Program-made: the position numbers and the translations under genes
Part shown: positions 16,586-25,454 of the stretch, piece after piece
Position numbering within the stretch: the stretch's first letter is position 1
Layout of the letters: each line of letters begins with the position of its first letter
NCBI GenBank assembly: GCA_017411785.1
Contig: JAFQPL010000010.1
Span: 1 to 42,482, forward strand
Direction: 5' to 3'
Source: Clostridia bacterium
GTDB lineage: Bacteria > Bacillota > Clostridia > Oscillospirales > CAG-272
DNA length: 42,482 nt
Notes under the pieces: generated by a model
The model's database searches: none
What the model was told of the DNA's origin: nothing
Seen by the model: the letters and a program-made list of their open reading frames with translations, nothing else

Positions 16586-17881
16586 ATGACTTATAACAAG
16601 AAATCTGTTGAAGATATCGACGTTGCGGGCAAGCGAGTTCTGGTCCGCTGCGACTTTAACGTACCGCTTAAGGATGGAGTTATTACATCCGATAAGAGAA
16701 TCGTTGAGGCGCTTCCTACTATCAAGTATCTCCTTTCCAAGGGCGCAAAGGTAATTCTTTGCTCTCATATGGGCAAGCCCCATGCAATATTTACAGAGGG
16801 CTTTTCTCTTACCAAGAAGGAAAAGCAGAAGGTTGAGGCTCTTCCCGCAGAGGAGCAGGCTGCCGCAAAGGCCGATCTTTTGGCTAAGGCTCTCGACGAT
16901 AAGAAAAAGTTCACGTTAAAGCCTGTTGCTGACAGACTTAACGAGCTTCTCGGCGGCAAGGTAGCTTTTGCCGAGGATATTATCGGTGAGGACGCAAAGG
17001 CTAAGGCTGCAGCTCTCAAGGAGGGCGAGGCTCTTCTCATAGAAAACGTTCGTTTTGACGCAAGAGAAACAAAGAACGGCGCAGATTTCGCTAAGGAGCT
17101 TGCTTCCTTTGCAGAGGTTTACGTAAACGATGCGTTCGGCTCTGCTCACAGAGCGCACGCTTCTACCGCGGGTGTTGCAGATTATCTTCCTGCAGTTTGC
17201 GGATATCTTATTCAGAAAGAGATCGGCGTTATGGGGAAGGCTTTGGCAGATCCCGCGCGTCCCTTCGTTGCAATTCTCGGAGGAGCAAAGGTTTCCGATA
17301 AGATAGGCGTTATCAACAATCTCATCGAGAAGGTTGATACTCTTATTATCGGCGGAGGTATGGCTTATACCTTCTTTAAGGCTCAGGGATATGATATCGG
17401 TACTTCGCTTTGCGAGGATGATAAGCTTGACCTTGCAAACGAGATGGTTGCAAAGGCACAGGCTAAGGGCGTAAGCTTTATGCTTCCCGTTGATAACGTA
17501 GTTGCTACCGAGTATGATGAGAATGCTGAAAATAAGGTGGTTGATTCCGATAAGATCCCTGCAGGCTGGATGGGACTTGATATCGGTCCTAAGACTCGCG
17601 CTAACTTTGCAAACGCAATCAAGGGCGCAGGCACTGTTGTATGGAACGGACCGATGGGCGTTTCCGAGTGGAAGAACTTTGCTGCAGGTACTGAGGCAGT
17701 AGCCGCAGCAGTTGCGGAGAGCGGAGCTATTTCTATAATCGGCGGCGGAGATTCTGCCGCAGCAGTTGAAAAGCTTGGCTTTGCAGATAAGATGACTCAT
17801 ATCTCCACAGGCGGCGGAGCATCGCTTGAGTTCCTCGAGGGCAAGGACCTTCCCGGTATATCCTGCTTGCTTGATAAGTAA
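16586..17881 (+). CDS. pgk: phosphoglycerate kinase carrying an insertion of about 35 aa in the N-domain
   Basis: Motifs present: [56 protein letters not shown] 16586 has the best spacing from the AAAGGTGG RBS. The track start at 16574 and ATG 16580 are alternatives. Confidence 0.9.
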   Translation: MTYNKKSVEDIDVAGKRVLVRCDFNVPLKDGVITSDKRIVEALPTIKYLLSKGAKVILCSHMGKPHAIFTEGFSLTKKEKQKVEALPAEEQAAAKADLLAKALDDKKKFTLKPVADRLNELLGGKVAFAEDIIGEDAKAKAAALKEGEALLIENVRFDARETKNGADFAKELASFAEVYVNDAFGSAHRAHASTAGVADYLPAVCGYLIQKEIGVMGKALADPARPFVAILGGAKVSDKIGVINNLIEKVDTLIIGGGMAYTFFKAQGYDIGTSLCEDDKLDLANEMVAKAQAKGVSFMLPVDNVVATEYDENAENKVVDSDKIPAGWMGLDIGPKTRANFANAIKGAGTVVWNGPMGVSEWKNFAAGTEAVAAAVAESGAISIIGGGDSAAAVEKLGFADKMTHISTGGGASLEFLEGKDLPGISCLLDK

Positions 17882-17962
17882 TAATTAAAATACTGCGCCG
17901 CCATATATTTTGACGGCGCAGAATTAGCGTTTAAATAAATAAAAAAGGACGGAAAAAAGAAA

Positions 17963-18730
17963 ATGAATCCCGCAAAAAGAAGAACGGTTATCGCAGGTAA
18001 CTGGAAAATGAATATGACTCCCAAGAGCGCGGCTGCTCTTATTGAGGAGATGAAGGCAGCGGTTGCAGGCAAGGACGCTTGTGACGTTGTTCTTTGCGTT
18101 CCCGCAATTGATATTCCCGCAGCAGTTGAGGCTGCAAAGGGCTCTAACATAAAGATCGGTGCAGAAAACGTACACTTTAAGGCTTCAGGCGCATTTACAG
18201 GTGAAATTTCGGCTGAAATGCTTTGCGAGGCAGGTGTTGAGTATGTTGTTATCGGCCACAGTGAAAGACGTCAGTACTTTGGCGAGACCGATCAGACCGT
18301 AAACCTTCGTACGCTCGCGGCTCTTAACGCAGGTCTTAAGGCTATAGTTTGCGTAGGCGAAACACTTGAGCAGAGAGAGCTTGGCTACACCGAAACTCTT
18401 CTTAAGTTCCAGACAAAGATGGCTCTTACCAACGTAAGCGCAGAGCAGCTTAAGAATGTTATCGTAGCATACGAGCCTGTTTGGGCTATCGGTACGGGTG
18501 TAACCGCAACTGCGGATCAGGCTGACGAGGGCAACGGATACGTTCGCGCGGCTATCGCCGAGGTTTACGGCGCTGACGTAGCAGAGACCGTTACGGTTCA
18601 GTACGGCGGTTCTATGAATGACGGAAACGCAGCAGAGCTTCTTTCCAAGGAAAATGTTGACGGCGGTCTTATCGGCGGTGCTTCCTTGGTTGCAAAGAAG
18701 TTTGCGGCTATCGTTGACGCGGCACAGTAA
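17963..18730 (+). CDS. tpiA: triose-phosphate isomerase
   Basis: Motifs present: AGNWKMN, IGHSERR, AYEPVWAIGTG, YGGS. Confidence 0.93.
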   Translation: MNPAKRRTVIAGNWKMNMTPKSAAALIEEMKAAVAGKDACDVVLCVPAIDIPAAVEAAKGSNIKIGAENVHFKASGAFTGEISAEMLCEAGVEYVVIGHSERRQYFGETDQTVNLRTLAALNAGLKAIVCVGETLEQRELGYTETLLKFQTKMALTNVSAEQLKNVIVAYEPVWAIGTGVTATADQADEGNGYVRAAIAEVYGADVAETVTVQYGGSMNDGNAAELLSKENVDGGLIGGASLVAKKFAAIVDAAQ

Positions 18731-18747
18731 TAAAATTTGTTTTTGAA

Positions 18748-18789
18748 AAGGGTTGTCTCGATTTTATGGTTGAGACAGCTCTTTTTTTG
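18748..18789 (+). terminator. intrinsic terminator after tpiA
   Basis: GGTTGTCTC-loop-GAGACAGCT is followed by CTTTTTTT. Confidence 0.75.
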
Positions 18790-18798
18790 CTTAAATTC

Positions 18799-18827
18799 TT
18801 GCGTAATAAAAAGAAATGTGGTATAAT
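18799..18827 (+). promoter_or_regulatory. sigma-A-type promoter for rbfA (TTGCGT-17-TATAAT with TGn)
   Basis: TTGCGT lies at 18799-18804 and TGG-TATAAT ends at 18827. Confidence 0.55.
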
Positions 18828-18859
18828 AATTAAGATAAAATATGTGAGAGGTTTGATAA

Positions 18860-19228
18860 ATGGCAAAATACAGACGCGACAGAATAAACGACGAGGTAAA
18901 GAAGGAGCTTTCTATGATACTCCGCGAGGTAAAGGACCCTCGTCTTGCAAACGCATTTATAAGCATTACCGCTGTTGACGTAACGGGCGACCTTAAGTTC
19001 GCAAAGGTTTATTATTCAGCAATGCAGGGAGATAAAAAAGAGGTTGCCGTGGGGTTGCGGTCTTGCGCGGGCTTTATTCGCAGAGAGATTGCGCAAAGAC
19101 TTAATCTTCGTATGACTCCCGAATTTACATTTATTGAGGACCATTCAATAGAGCATGGAGCGCATATTTCAAAGCTTCTTAACAGTATAGAAATTACGCC
19201 CGAGGAAGAAGAAACCGAGGAGGATTGA
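18860..19228 (+). CDS. rbfA: ribosome-binding factor A
   Basis: The sequence RINDEVKKELS.IL..VKDPRL.....IT.V.V..DL..AKVY...... is typical of RbfA. Confidence 0.88.
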   Translation: MAKYRRDRINDEVKKELSMILREVKDPRLANAFISITAVDVTGDLKFAKVYYSAMQGDKKEVAVGLRSCAGFIRREIAQRLNLRMTPEFTFIEDHSIEHGAHISKLLNSIEITPEEEETEED

Positions 19229-19232
19229 CAAA

Positions 19233-20234
19233 ATGGAGAGCTTTAAGAGACTTTCACTTGATGAGCTTTGCTTTTCTATTTGCGAAAGTAAAAGAACGCT
19301 GATAATTTTCCACATTCGCTCCGATGCCGATGCGGTAGGCTCGGCATTTGCGCTGCGGGATATCTTCAGAGTGCTTGGAATACCCGCGTATTGCGCTTGC
19401 GCCGATGAGCTTCCCGAGAGATTGCAGTTTCTTACCGACGGAGTGCAGGGAAGCGTGCTTCTTGAGGAGGATATGAGGCTTGATTGCGAGCGTATAATAA
19501 GCGTTGACTCGGCTAATCCCGTTCAGCTTGGCGCTCTTTTCAACAGACTGCACAAGGACATCGATTTGATGATAGACCATCATTCGAGCGGTACTCCGTA
19601 TGCCGATAATTATATAGACCCTAATGCGTCATCGACGGGCGAGATAATCTATCGTGTCGCCAATCGACTTATTGAGCTTGGCGCGCTTGACTCGATTCCG
19701 CCGAGAGTGATAAGCTGTGTTTTTGCGGCGGTAAGCTCGGATACGGGTGGATTTCGCTTTTCAAACGCAACCCCCGATACCTACCGTCTTGCTGCAGAGC
19801 TTATTGAGCTTGGCGCAGATCATGCCGAGATAAGCCGTCAGCTTTTTGACTGTAAATCCTATACGCAGATACAGGTGGAGGGAGAGGGTGCAAGGCGACT
19901 CAAGACTATCGCCGACGGCAGAGTTGCGTGGATATCCTTCCCATACTCCTTGCAGCAGGAGCTTGGCGCGCAGAGCGAGCATTTAGGAACTCTTATAGAT
20001 ATAGCCCGTTCTCTTGAGGGCGTTGAGATAGCTCTTGCAATAAGAGAAAACGCCGACCGCGCAACTTATAGAGTTTCAATGCGCTCGGCTACCGATTTTG
20101 ACGTTTCATACGTTTGCGCCCGCTTTGGAGGCGGAGGACATAAAAGCGCGTCGGGATGCACCGTTACCGCGTCAAACATTCAGGAGGCGGAGCAGAAGGT
20201 GCTTGCGGAGATAGTAAAAAGATTTGATAAATAA
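19233..20234 (+). CDS. DHH/DHHA1 phosphoesterase, NrnA-like oligoribonuclease/pAp phosphatase
   Basis: It has the motifs H.R.DADA.GS, D...., DHH (MIDHHSS) and the DHHA1 motif GGGGHKSASG. It sits directly downstream of rbfA, as in many Firmicutes. Confidence 0.8.
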   Translation: MESFKRLSLDELCFSICESKRTLIIFHIRSDADAVGSAFALRDIFRVLGIPAYCACADELPERLQFLTDGVQGSVLLEEDMRLDCERIISVDSANPVQLGALFNRLHKDIDLMIDHHSSGTPYADNYIDPNASSTGEIIYRVANRLIELGALDSIPPRVISCVFAAVSSDTGGFRFSNATPDTYRLAAELIELGADHAEISRQLFDCKSYTQIQVEGEGARRLKTIADGRVAWISFPYSLQQELGAQSEHLGTLIDIARSLEGVEIALAIRENADRATYRVSMRSATDFDVSYVCARFGGGGHKSASGCTVTASNIQEAEQKVLAEIVKRFDK

Positions 20235-20278
20235 AAAAGGGCTGTATTTGACTTCTTGCTTAAATCTGCCTATACCAT

Positions 20279-20317
20279 AAAAAACAGACACAGTAAAGCT
20301 TTACTGTGTCTGTTTTT
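20279..20317. terminator. bidirectional intrinsic terminator
   Basis: AAAAACAGACACAGTAA-AGC-TTTACTGTGTCTGTTTTT lies between convergent genes. Confidence 0.85.
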
Positions 20318-20319
20318 TA

Positions 20320-20901
20320 TTATTCCGCAAAGGTTATAGATTTTATAACAACGTTTTGCAAGGGCTTGTCCGCAGAGTTTGTTTCAACCGAAGCAATGGC
20401 GTCAACTACGTCCATACCGTCCTTTACCATTCCAAATGCCGCGTATTTTCCATTAAGATGAGCAGCCTTTTGATGGCAGATAAAGAACTGCGAGGATGCT
20501 GAATTCTTGTCATTTGAGCGAGCCATTGAGATAACTCCGCGGTCGTGCTTTAAGGAATTTCTGACTCCGTTTTCCGAGAATTCGCCCTTTATGTTTATTT
20601 CGTTTCCGTTTGCGTCGGTATTTCCGCCTGTGCCGTCACCGTTGGGGCAACCGCCCTGGATCATAAAACCTTCGATAACGCGGTGGAAGATAAGACCGTC
20701 GTAGAAGCCGTCGTTTACGAGGCTTTTAAAATTTTTTACGGTTATCGGAGCGATGTCGGGATAAAGCTCAACGGTTATTTTACCGTAATTTTCGACGTCG
20801 ATAACGACGGTGTTTGGCTTTGAATCGATTTCGTCCTTGCATGAGAAAAGGCAAGGCATAATAAAAGCAGTTACTAACAAAAGACAAATAATTTTTTTCA
20901 C
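20320..20901 (-). CDS. cyclophilin-type peptidyl-prolyl cis-trans isomerase, lipoprotein
   Basis: The signal peptide has the lipobox LFSC. Cyclophilin motifs are present: FHRVI.GFMIQGG, SMAR....NSASSQFFI. Confidence 0.88.
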   Translation of the reverse strand: MKKIICLLLVTAFIMPCLFSCKDEIDSKPNTVVIDVENYGKITVELYPDIAPITVKNFKSLVNDGFYDGLIFHRVIEGFMIQGGCPNGDGTGGNTDANGNEINIKGEFSENGVRNSLKHDRGVISMARSNDKNSASSQFFICHQKAAHLNGKYAAFGMVKDGMDVVDAIASVETNSADKPLQNVVIKSITFAE

Positions 20902-20972
20902 GGTGTACTCCTTTATATATTTATAGCAACATTATATCACAAAAGCAAGAAAAATGAAATACAAAAAGTAAT

Positions 20973-22070
20973 TTATTTGTTAAAAGTATTTATCCATTCA
21001 TTGCGCGCAAGCTCATATGTAAAAATTTGCGCGGCACGAGTTGGGTCGGAAAGCTCATCTGCATAAATGGATTTACCGTTTATCTGCCAGCCGTAAGGGT
21101 TTTCAAGCCTCAGCTTCTTTAGTGAATCGCAACCGACAAAGGTCTCCTCCCAAATGAATTTAACCGTATCGGGAATAGAGATGCTTTCGAGTGCGGAGCA
21201 ATACTTAAAGGCTTGCAGACCTATAGATGATAGATGCTTTGGCAGGGTAATATCTGTAAGCTTATCGCAGGAGAAAAAGGCTCGCCCGCCTATTACCTCG
21301 AGGCTTTGCGGCAAGTCTAAGCTTGAAATTGCCGAGCATTCGTAAAAGGCTTCGTTTCCGATAATACGCAGAGAGCCTTGATCTGAAAAGCTTACGGCAG
21401 AAAGTGAGGCGCATCCTCGGAAAGCGCCGCGTTCAATGCTTTTTAGCAGGCATCTGTCCGCAAATATAAGACTTTTAAGATGCTTGCAGGAGCTAAAGCT
21501 CCATTCTCCGAGATAAACTACGCTTGTGGGGATTTCAACCGAATTGAGAGAGGCGCCCGAAAAGGCGTAATCACCAATCGATCTAAGCGCTTGCGGAAGA
21601 TCGGCTTGTAGGATGCCACAGTCTGAAAAGGCGTATCTGCCGATAGAGATAAGACCTTTGGGTAATTCTATGTGCTCGAGGCTTTTGCATCCTATAAAAG
21701 TGTAATTGCTTATTTTGCTTAATTTGCGCGGAAGCGTTACCGATGAAAGAGCGGTACAAAAGCCGAATGCCCGTTTGCCTATTGAATTAACGGTATCGGG
21801 GATTGAAATTGATTTTAGGCTTGAGCAACGGTAAAACGCCTTTTCACCTATCTCAAGAAGATCTTCAGGAAGCTTTACCGAGATTATTTTATCGTGCTTG
21901 CAAAATGCAAAAGGCGCGATTTTTTTTACAGGAAATCCTTCATAGGAGTCTGCGATTACAATGTTGGATAAATCCTCATCACAACCCGTGATAGTGGCTA
22001 TACCGTTTTCTATAGTGTAGAAAATTCCCGCCGAGGAGCCCGAGCGTTGTATAGAATTGATTTCTTTCAT
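20973..22070 (-). CDS. BspA-type leucine-rich-repeat protein with no recognisable signal peptide
   Basis: It contains about 12 tandem ~23-aa LRR_5-like units (L..I.IP..V..IG..AF..C..L). The RBS is AAGGAGGAG. Confidence 0.8.
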   Translation of the reverse strand: MKEINSIQRSGSSAGIFYTIENGIATITGCDEDLSNIVIADSYEGFPVKKIAPFAFCKHDKIISVKLPEDLLEIGEKAFYRCSSLKSISIPDTVNSIGKRAFGFCTALSSVTLPRKLSKISNYTFIGCKSLEHIELPKGLISIGRYAFSDCGILQADLPQALRSIGDYAFSGASLNSVEIPTSVVYLGEWSFSSCKHLKSLIFADRCLLKSIERGAFRGCASLSAVSFSDQGSLRIIGNEAFYECSAISSLDLPQSLEVIGGRAFFSCDKLTDITLPKHLSSIGLQAFKYCSALESISIPDTVKFIWEETFVGCDSLKKLRLENPYGWQINGKSIYADELSDPTRAAQIFTYELARNEWINTFNK

Positions 22071-22091
22071 AGCTACTCCTCCTTTTTTGCT

Positions 22092-22120
22092 ATTATAGCA
22101 TAAAACCCTTTGTTTTTCAA
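22092..22120 (-). promoter_or_regulatory. near-consensus sigma-A promoter reading into the LRR gene (TTGAAA-17-TATAAT with TGn)
   Basis: On the minus strand, TTGAAA lies at 22120-22115 and TATAAT at 22097-22092, preceded by TGC. It directly abuts the repeat array. Confidence 0.65.
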
Positions 22121-22300
22121 GTGAAATATTCGGCGTTGCCGAATGTGAAATAATTCACTTTGTGAATTGTGAAATATTGCTACCTTTGGTCGCAATGTGA
22201 AATGAAATTCGCCACTTCACATTTGCGAAGCAAATATTTCACAGCGGAGCTATTTCACTTGGCGGAGCCATATTTCACTTGCCGAAGGCGAATTTCGTTG
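22121..22300. repeat. GTGAAAT/ATTTCAC motif plus mini-hairpin array (copy 1 of a two-copy element)
   Basis: GTGAAAT occurs at 22121, 22145, 22169 and 22197. The complement ATTTCAC occurs at 22236, 22252 and 22272. Spacers are short self-complementary segments (CGGCGTTGCCG, ATTTGCGAAGCAAAT, TGGCGGAGCCA, GCCGAAGGC). The array is homologous to 30545-30757 in inverted orientation. Confidence 0.85.
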
Positions 22301-22342
22301 AAAAAAGCACACATTTGTCTGCTGACAAATGTGTGCTTTTTT
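22301..22342 (-). terminator. intrinsic terminator flush with the tRNA-Gln 3' end (part of the repeated element)
   Basis: The sequence is AAAAAAGCACACATTTGTC-TGCT-GACAAATGTGTGCTTTTTT. It is almost identical to the hairpin at 30500-30544. Confidence 0.85.
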
Positions 22343-22343
22343 C

Positions 22344-22417
22344 TGGCTGGGGTGGAAAGAATCGAACTTTCCCGGCGAGAGTCAAAGTCTCGTGTCCTAC
22401 CACTAGACTACACCCCA
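22344..22417 (-). tRNA. tRNA-Gln (anticodon UUG)
   Basis: The reverse complement TGGGGTGTAGTCTAGTGGTAGGACACGAGACTTTGACTCTCGCCGGGAAAGTTCGATTCTTTCCACCCCAGCCA folds as a cloverleaf. The acceptor stem is TGGGGTG/CACCCCA, the anticodon stem CGAGA/TCTCG, the anticodon loop CTTTGAC and the T-arm GAAAG-TTCGATT-CTTTC. CCA is encoded. Confidence 0.9.
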
Positions 22418-22432
22418 ATTGGCACGATAGAT

Positions 22433-22461
22433 ATTATAGCATAAACTCTGCCGTGTGTCAA
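22433..22461 (-). promoter_or_regulatory. consensus sigma-A promoter for tRNA-Gln (TTGACA-17-TATAAT with TGn)
   Basis: On the minus strand, TTGACA lies at 22461-22456 and TATAAT at 22438-22433, about 15 nt upstream of the tRNA 5' end. Confidence 0.7.
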
Positions 22462-22487
22462 GACTTTTTTGTTAATATTTTGCTTAA

Positions 22488-22524
22488 TAAAGTATACCGC
22501 GAAATGATTTTCGCGGTATACTTT
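22488..22524 (-). terminator. 16-bp hairpin downstream of the MBL-fold gene
   Basis: The hairpin is AAAGTATACCGCGAAA-TGAT-TTTCGCGGTATACTTT. The U-tract on the minus strand is weak. Confidence 0.6.
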
Positions 22525-22532
22525 ATTTGTGA

Positions 22533-23735
22533 TTAATTATTTATTTGCTCAAGAAAATCGTTTTTATTGTGCTTTAATTTATAGGGGAATTCGATAACCG
22601 TATCCTCGGTATTTCCCGAGAGATATACATCCTCCGCAATTCCCAAGGCGGTCTGTACTACGCTATCATTGAACCATTTTTTTACATTCGGGAGATTTGA
22701 GGGCCAGAGAAGCACGGGAGCGTTTATATATCGGTAAAGCTGAGAATAGCTTGCCCACATTCCGTGGTGAGCTATCTGTACAAAATCAGATTTGAGTGCG
22801 TCGCCGTGAAGCTCCATCATTCTGGCACCCGAGGTGTGTGTGGTGTCGGCAAGGAGCATAACGGTATTTCCTTTTGCGTGAAGTCTTAAAACAAGAGAGC
22901 TTGAGTTGTTGAAATTTAATTGCTCGGGGTAGTAATCCTCAACCGAGTAAACTATCTCGACAGCCTCGGAGCCGTAATGATATACCTGACCCGAGTGAGC
23001 CTTGATGATTTTTGTGTAGGGCTTTACGTTCTTTAGAGCCGCGCGGATCATCTGCGCGTCGTCTGACTTTTTCCAGCTGTCCTCGGTTAAATTCTCATAT
23101 TGATCGTTAGTTGTGTAATTGAGAATAAAGGCTTCGATCTTGACCTTGTCAAGATGATGCTCGATAAATTTCCAAGCTGCTCCGTGATGGTCTATATGCG
23201 CGTGCGAGAGATACCAACCCGCGATTACTATATTATCCTTATCGGGAGATGCGTTTTTCATAGCCTCAAGAAGTCCCTCGTGATTTTCCACGTTCGGCAT
23301 ACCACCGTCAAGAACAACAAGACGTCCGTCGGAAAGAGTAAATATTACCGCGAGACCTATGTCGGTATCGGGCTTTTGAGAAACGAAGGTAAGCTTGGGT
23401 TGACAAATATTTTTTGCTATCGCGTCCTGCTTCCTTACGGGAAGATCTGCAACATCGCCCATAGTAATCTTTACGGTGTTGTTTGAGGGAGCGTAATGCG
23501 TGTGAACAAAAACATCGGACTTGGTAAAGGTGGTGTAGATGTTTCCGTTGAGTATACGCGTTACATAAACCGAATAGCCATCTTCCTTAAGCGCTTTGCA
23601 AAAGCTCTCGTATTCATATTTATTTGTGCTTTGAATTAAAAGCATATCAATTCCGTCGGCAGTATCTATAATGCTCGAAATGCCGCCTTGATATTTCGGA
23701 AGCGTAGTATCTGTTATTCTGTATTCCTTTTCCAT
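22533..23735 (-). CDS. metallo-beta-lactamase-fold hydrolase with an extra ~110-aa N-terminal domain; function unknown
   Basis: It has the HxHxDH motif (SHAHIDHHG) and the later LLADT and IAHHG metal ligands. No signal peptide is present. The RBS is AAGAGGTG. Confidence 0.7.
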   Translation of the reverse strand: MEKEYRITDTTLPKYQGGISSIIDTADGIDMLLIQSTNKYEYESFCKALKEDGYSVYVTRILNGNIYTTFTKSDVFVHTHYAPSNNTVKITMGDVADLPVRKQDAIAKNICQPKLTFVSQKPDTDIGLAVIFTLSDGRLVVLDGGMPNVENHEGLLEAMKNASPDKDNIVIAGWYLSHAHIDHHGAAWKFIEHHLDKVKIEAFILNYTTNDQYENLTEDSWKKSDDAQMIRAALKNVKPYTKIIKAHSGQVYHYGSEAVEIVYSVEDYYPEQLNFNNSSSLVLRLHAKGNTVMLLADTTHTSGARMMELHGDALKSDFVQIAHHGMWASYSQLYRYINAPVLLWPSNLPNVKKWFNDSVVQTALGIAEDVYLSGNTEDTVIEFPYKLKHNKNDFLEQINN

Positions 23736-23833
23736 ATTGCACCTCTTTTTTCAGCAGTTTTAGGTATCTATATTATATCACGCGTCTCTTGTCTTTGTCA
23801 ATACGACGTGTATTTAATTATTTGCTTTTTTAC

Positions 23834-23862
23834 TTGAATTTGAAATAAAAATATGTTATAAT
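23834..23862 (+). promoter_or_regulatory. sigma-A-type promoter for the membrane-protein/P-II-like operon (TTGAAT-17-TATAAT with TGn)
   Basis: TTGAAT lies at 23834-23839 and TGT-TATAAT ends at 23862. Confidence 0.6.
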
Positions 23863-23897
23863 AAACTAAATGATCTTTGGTGTAAGGAGGGGTGTGC

Positions 23898-25436
23898 TTG
23901 AAGCTTTTTCGAAATACTATTCTTGCCGAAAAAATCAAAGAATCGCTTTCGTCTGTTTTACCGGTGGCGGCAATCGTATTCTTGCTTTTAATAACTATTG
24001 CGCCTGTCAGCGCGCCTATTCTTATATCCTTTATAATAGGCACTCTTTTGCTGGTGATAGGAATGGGTCTTTTCACGCTCGGAGCGCAGATGTCGATGAT
24101 GCCGATGGGTCAGTACGTTGGCTCTAAAATGACAAAAACAAAAAAGCTTTGGCTTGTATTGCTCGTTTCCTTTTTTGTCGGAGTTATGATAACGATATCC
24201 GAGCCCGACCTCACAGTGCTTTCAGAGCAGATATCCTCAATATCACCCTTTGCGCTGATCTTTTCAGTTGCTCTCGGTGTGGGGATCATGCTTGTTGTTG
24301 CAATGCTTCGTGTTGTGTTAAAAATAAAGCTTAAATATCTTTTGCTTTTCTTTTACGGAATAGTTTTTATTCTTGCTTTTTTTGTTCCGAGCAGCTTTTT
24401 AGCGCTCTCCTTTGATTCGGGCGGGGTTACAACGGGACCTATGACTGTACCGTTTATTATGGCTCTCGGAGTAGGTGTAACTGCTATAAGAGCCGATAAG
24501 GACGCGGACAACGACAGCTTTGGATTGGTTTCGCTTTGTTCTGTAGGTCCTATTATTGCGGTGATGCTCCTTGGAATAGTAAATAACGTTACCGAAATAG
24601 AGCCAACCGTTTACCCGACTCTTGTTTATACAGAATCCGACGATCTTTTTTGGATGTTTATAGGGCAGATACCGAAATATGCGGGAGAGGTCTTGATGGC
24701 TATAGGCCCTATAGTTGTGTTTTTCCTTGTATTCCGCGCGGCTACGGGAGGCATAGGCACGGGCGGACTCGGAAAGATAATCGTCGGAATAATTTATACC
24801 TTTGTGGGACTCACTATGTTTTTGACAGGCGTAAACGTGGGCTTTTTGCCGCTCGGACATGAGCTTGGCGAAATACTTGCCGCGTCTTCCTTGAAATGGC
24901 TTATAATTCCCGTAGGAATGATAATCGGTTATTTTATAGTTACCGCAGAGCCTGCTGTTCAAGTTTTAAAAAAGCAGGTAGAGGAGGAGACCGAGGGTGC
25001 AATTCCTGCTCGCGCGCTTTCTCTTACGCTTTCGGTCGGTGTTGCTATATCTATAGGTATAGCTATGCTCAGAGTGCTTACGGGAGTATCGATAATGTAT
25101 TTTATAGTTCCCGGATACCTTATAGCTATAGTGCTGTCCTTTGTAGTTCCCGATGTTTTTACATCGATCGCATTTGACTCGGGAGGTGTTGCATCAGGAC
25201 CTATGACGGCAACCTTCTTATTGCCGTTTGCAATGGGCGCTTGCGCTTCGGTTGGGGGAAATGTTGCAACCGATGCATTTGGAGTTGTTGCAATGGTTGC
25301 TATGACGCCTCTTATTGCTATACAGGTGCTTGGACTTATTTATAAGATCAAGCAGAGCAAGGGCATCAAGCTGGCAGATAGCAAGAACGCTTCCGCTGAA
25401 CCTGTAATAACCGATGAGGATATAATTGAGTTTTGA
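23898..25436 (+). CDS. polytopic membrane protein built from two homologous halves (DUF1538-like; family name recalled from memory)
   Basis: It has about 12 or more hydrophobic helices. The motif FDSGGVTTGPMTVPF (about 24409-24455) recurs as FDSGGVASGPMTATF (about 25171-25215). TTG 23898 is well spaced from the AAGGAGG RBS, whereas the track GTG at 23892 is too close to it. Confidence 0.75.
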   Translation: MKLFRNTILAEKIKESLSSVLPVAAIVFLLLITIAPVSAPILISFIIGTLLLVIGMGLFTLGAQMSMMPMGQYVGSKMTKTKKLWLVLLVSFFVGVMITISEPDLTVLSEQISSISPFALIFSVALGVGIMLVVAMLRVVLKIKLKYLLLFFYGIVFILAFFVPSSFLALSFDSGGVTTGPMTVPFIMALGVGVTAIRADKDADNDSFGLVSLCSVGPIIAVMLLGIVNNVTEIEPTVYPTLVYTESDDLFWMFIGQIPKYAGEVLMAIGPIVVFFLVFRAATGGIGTGGLGKIIVGIIYTFVGLTMFLTGVNVGFLPLGHELGEILAASSLKWLIIPVGMIIGYFIVTAEPAVQVLKKQVEEETEGAIPARALSLTLSVGVAISIGIAMLRVLTGVSIMYFIVPGYLIAIVLSFVVPDVFTSIAFDSGGVASGPMTATFLLPFAMGACASVGGNVATDAFGVVAMVAMTPLIAIQVLGLIYKIKQSKGIKLADSKNASAEPVITDEDIIEF

Positions 25437-25454
25437 GAGAGGGGGTAACCTAAG

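Noticed and set aside
22121-22300. I considered whether the GTGAAAT motif arrays here and at 30545-30757 are CRISPR arrays.
   Set aside because: The repeat unit is only 7-10 nt and the spacers are 8-25 nt and self-complementary. The motif orientation flips midway. No cas genes or leader are present.
22169-22536. ORFs 22169-22444 and 22279-22536 were considered, together with 30406-30636, 30461-30643 and 30584-30814 at the second locus. They share peptide strings such as SHLRSKYFTA.LFHL and ISLKKAHI.
   Set aside because: The shared peptides arise only because the underlying DNA repeat is present twice. These ORFs run through tRNA genes and terminator hairpins and have no RBS. I interpret the regions as non-coding repeat elements.
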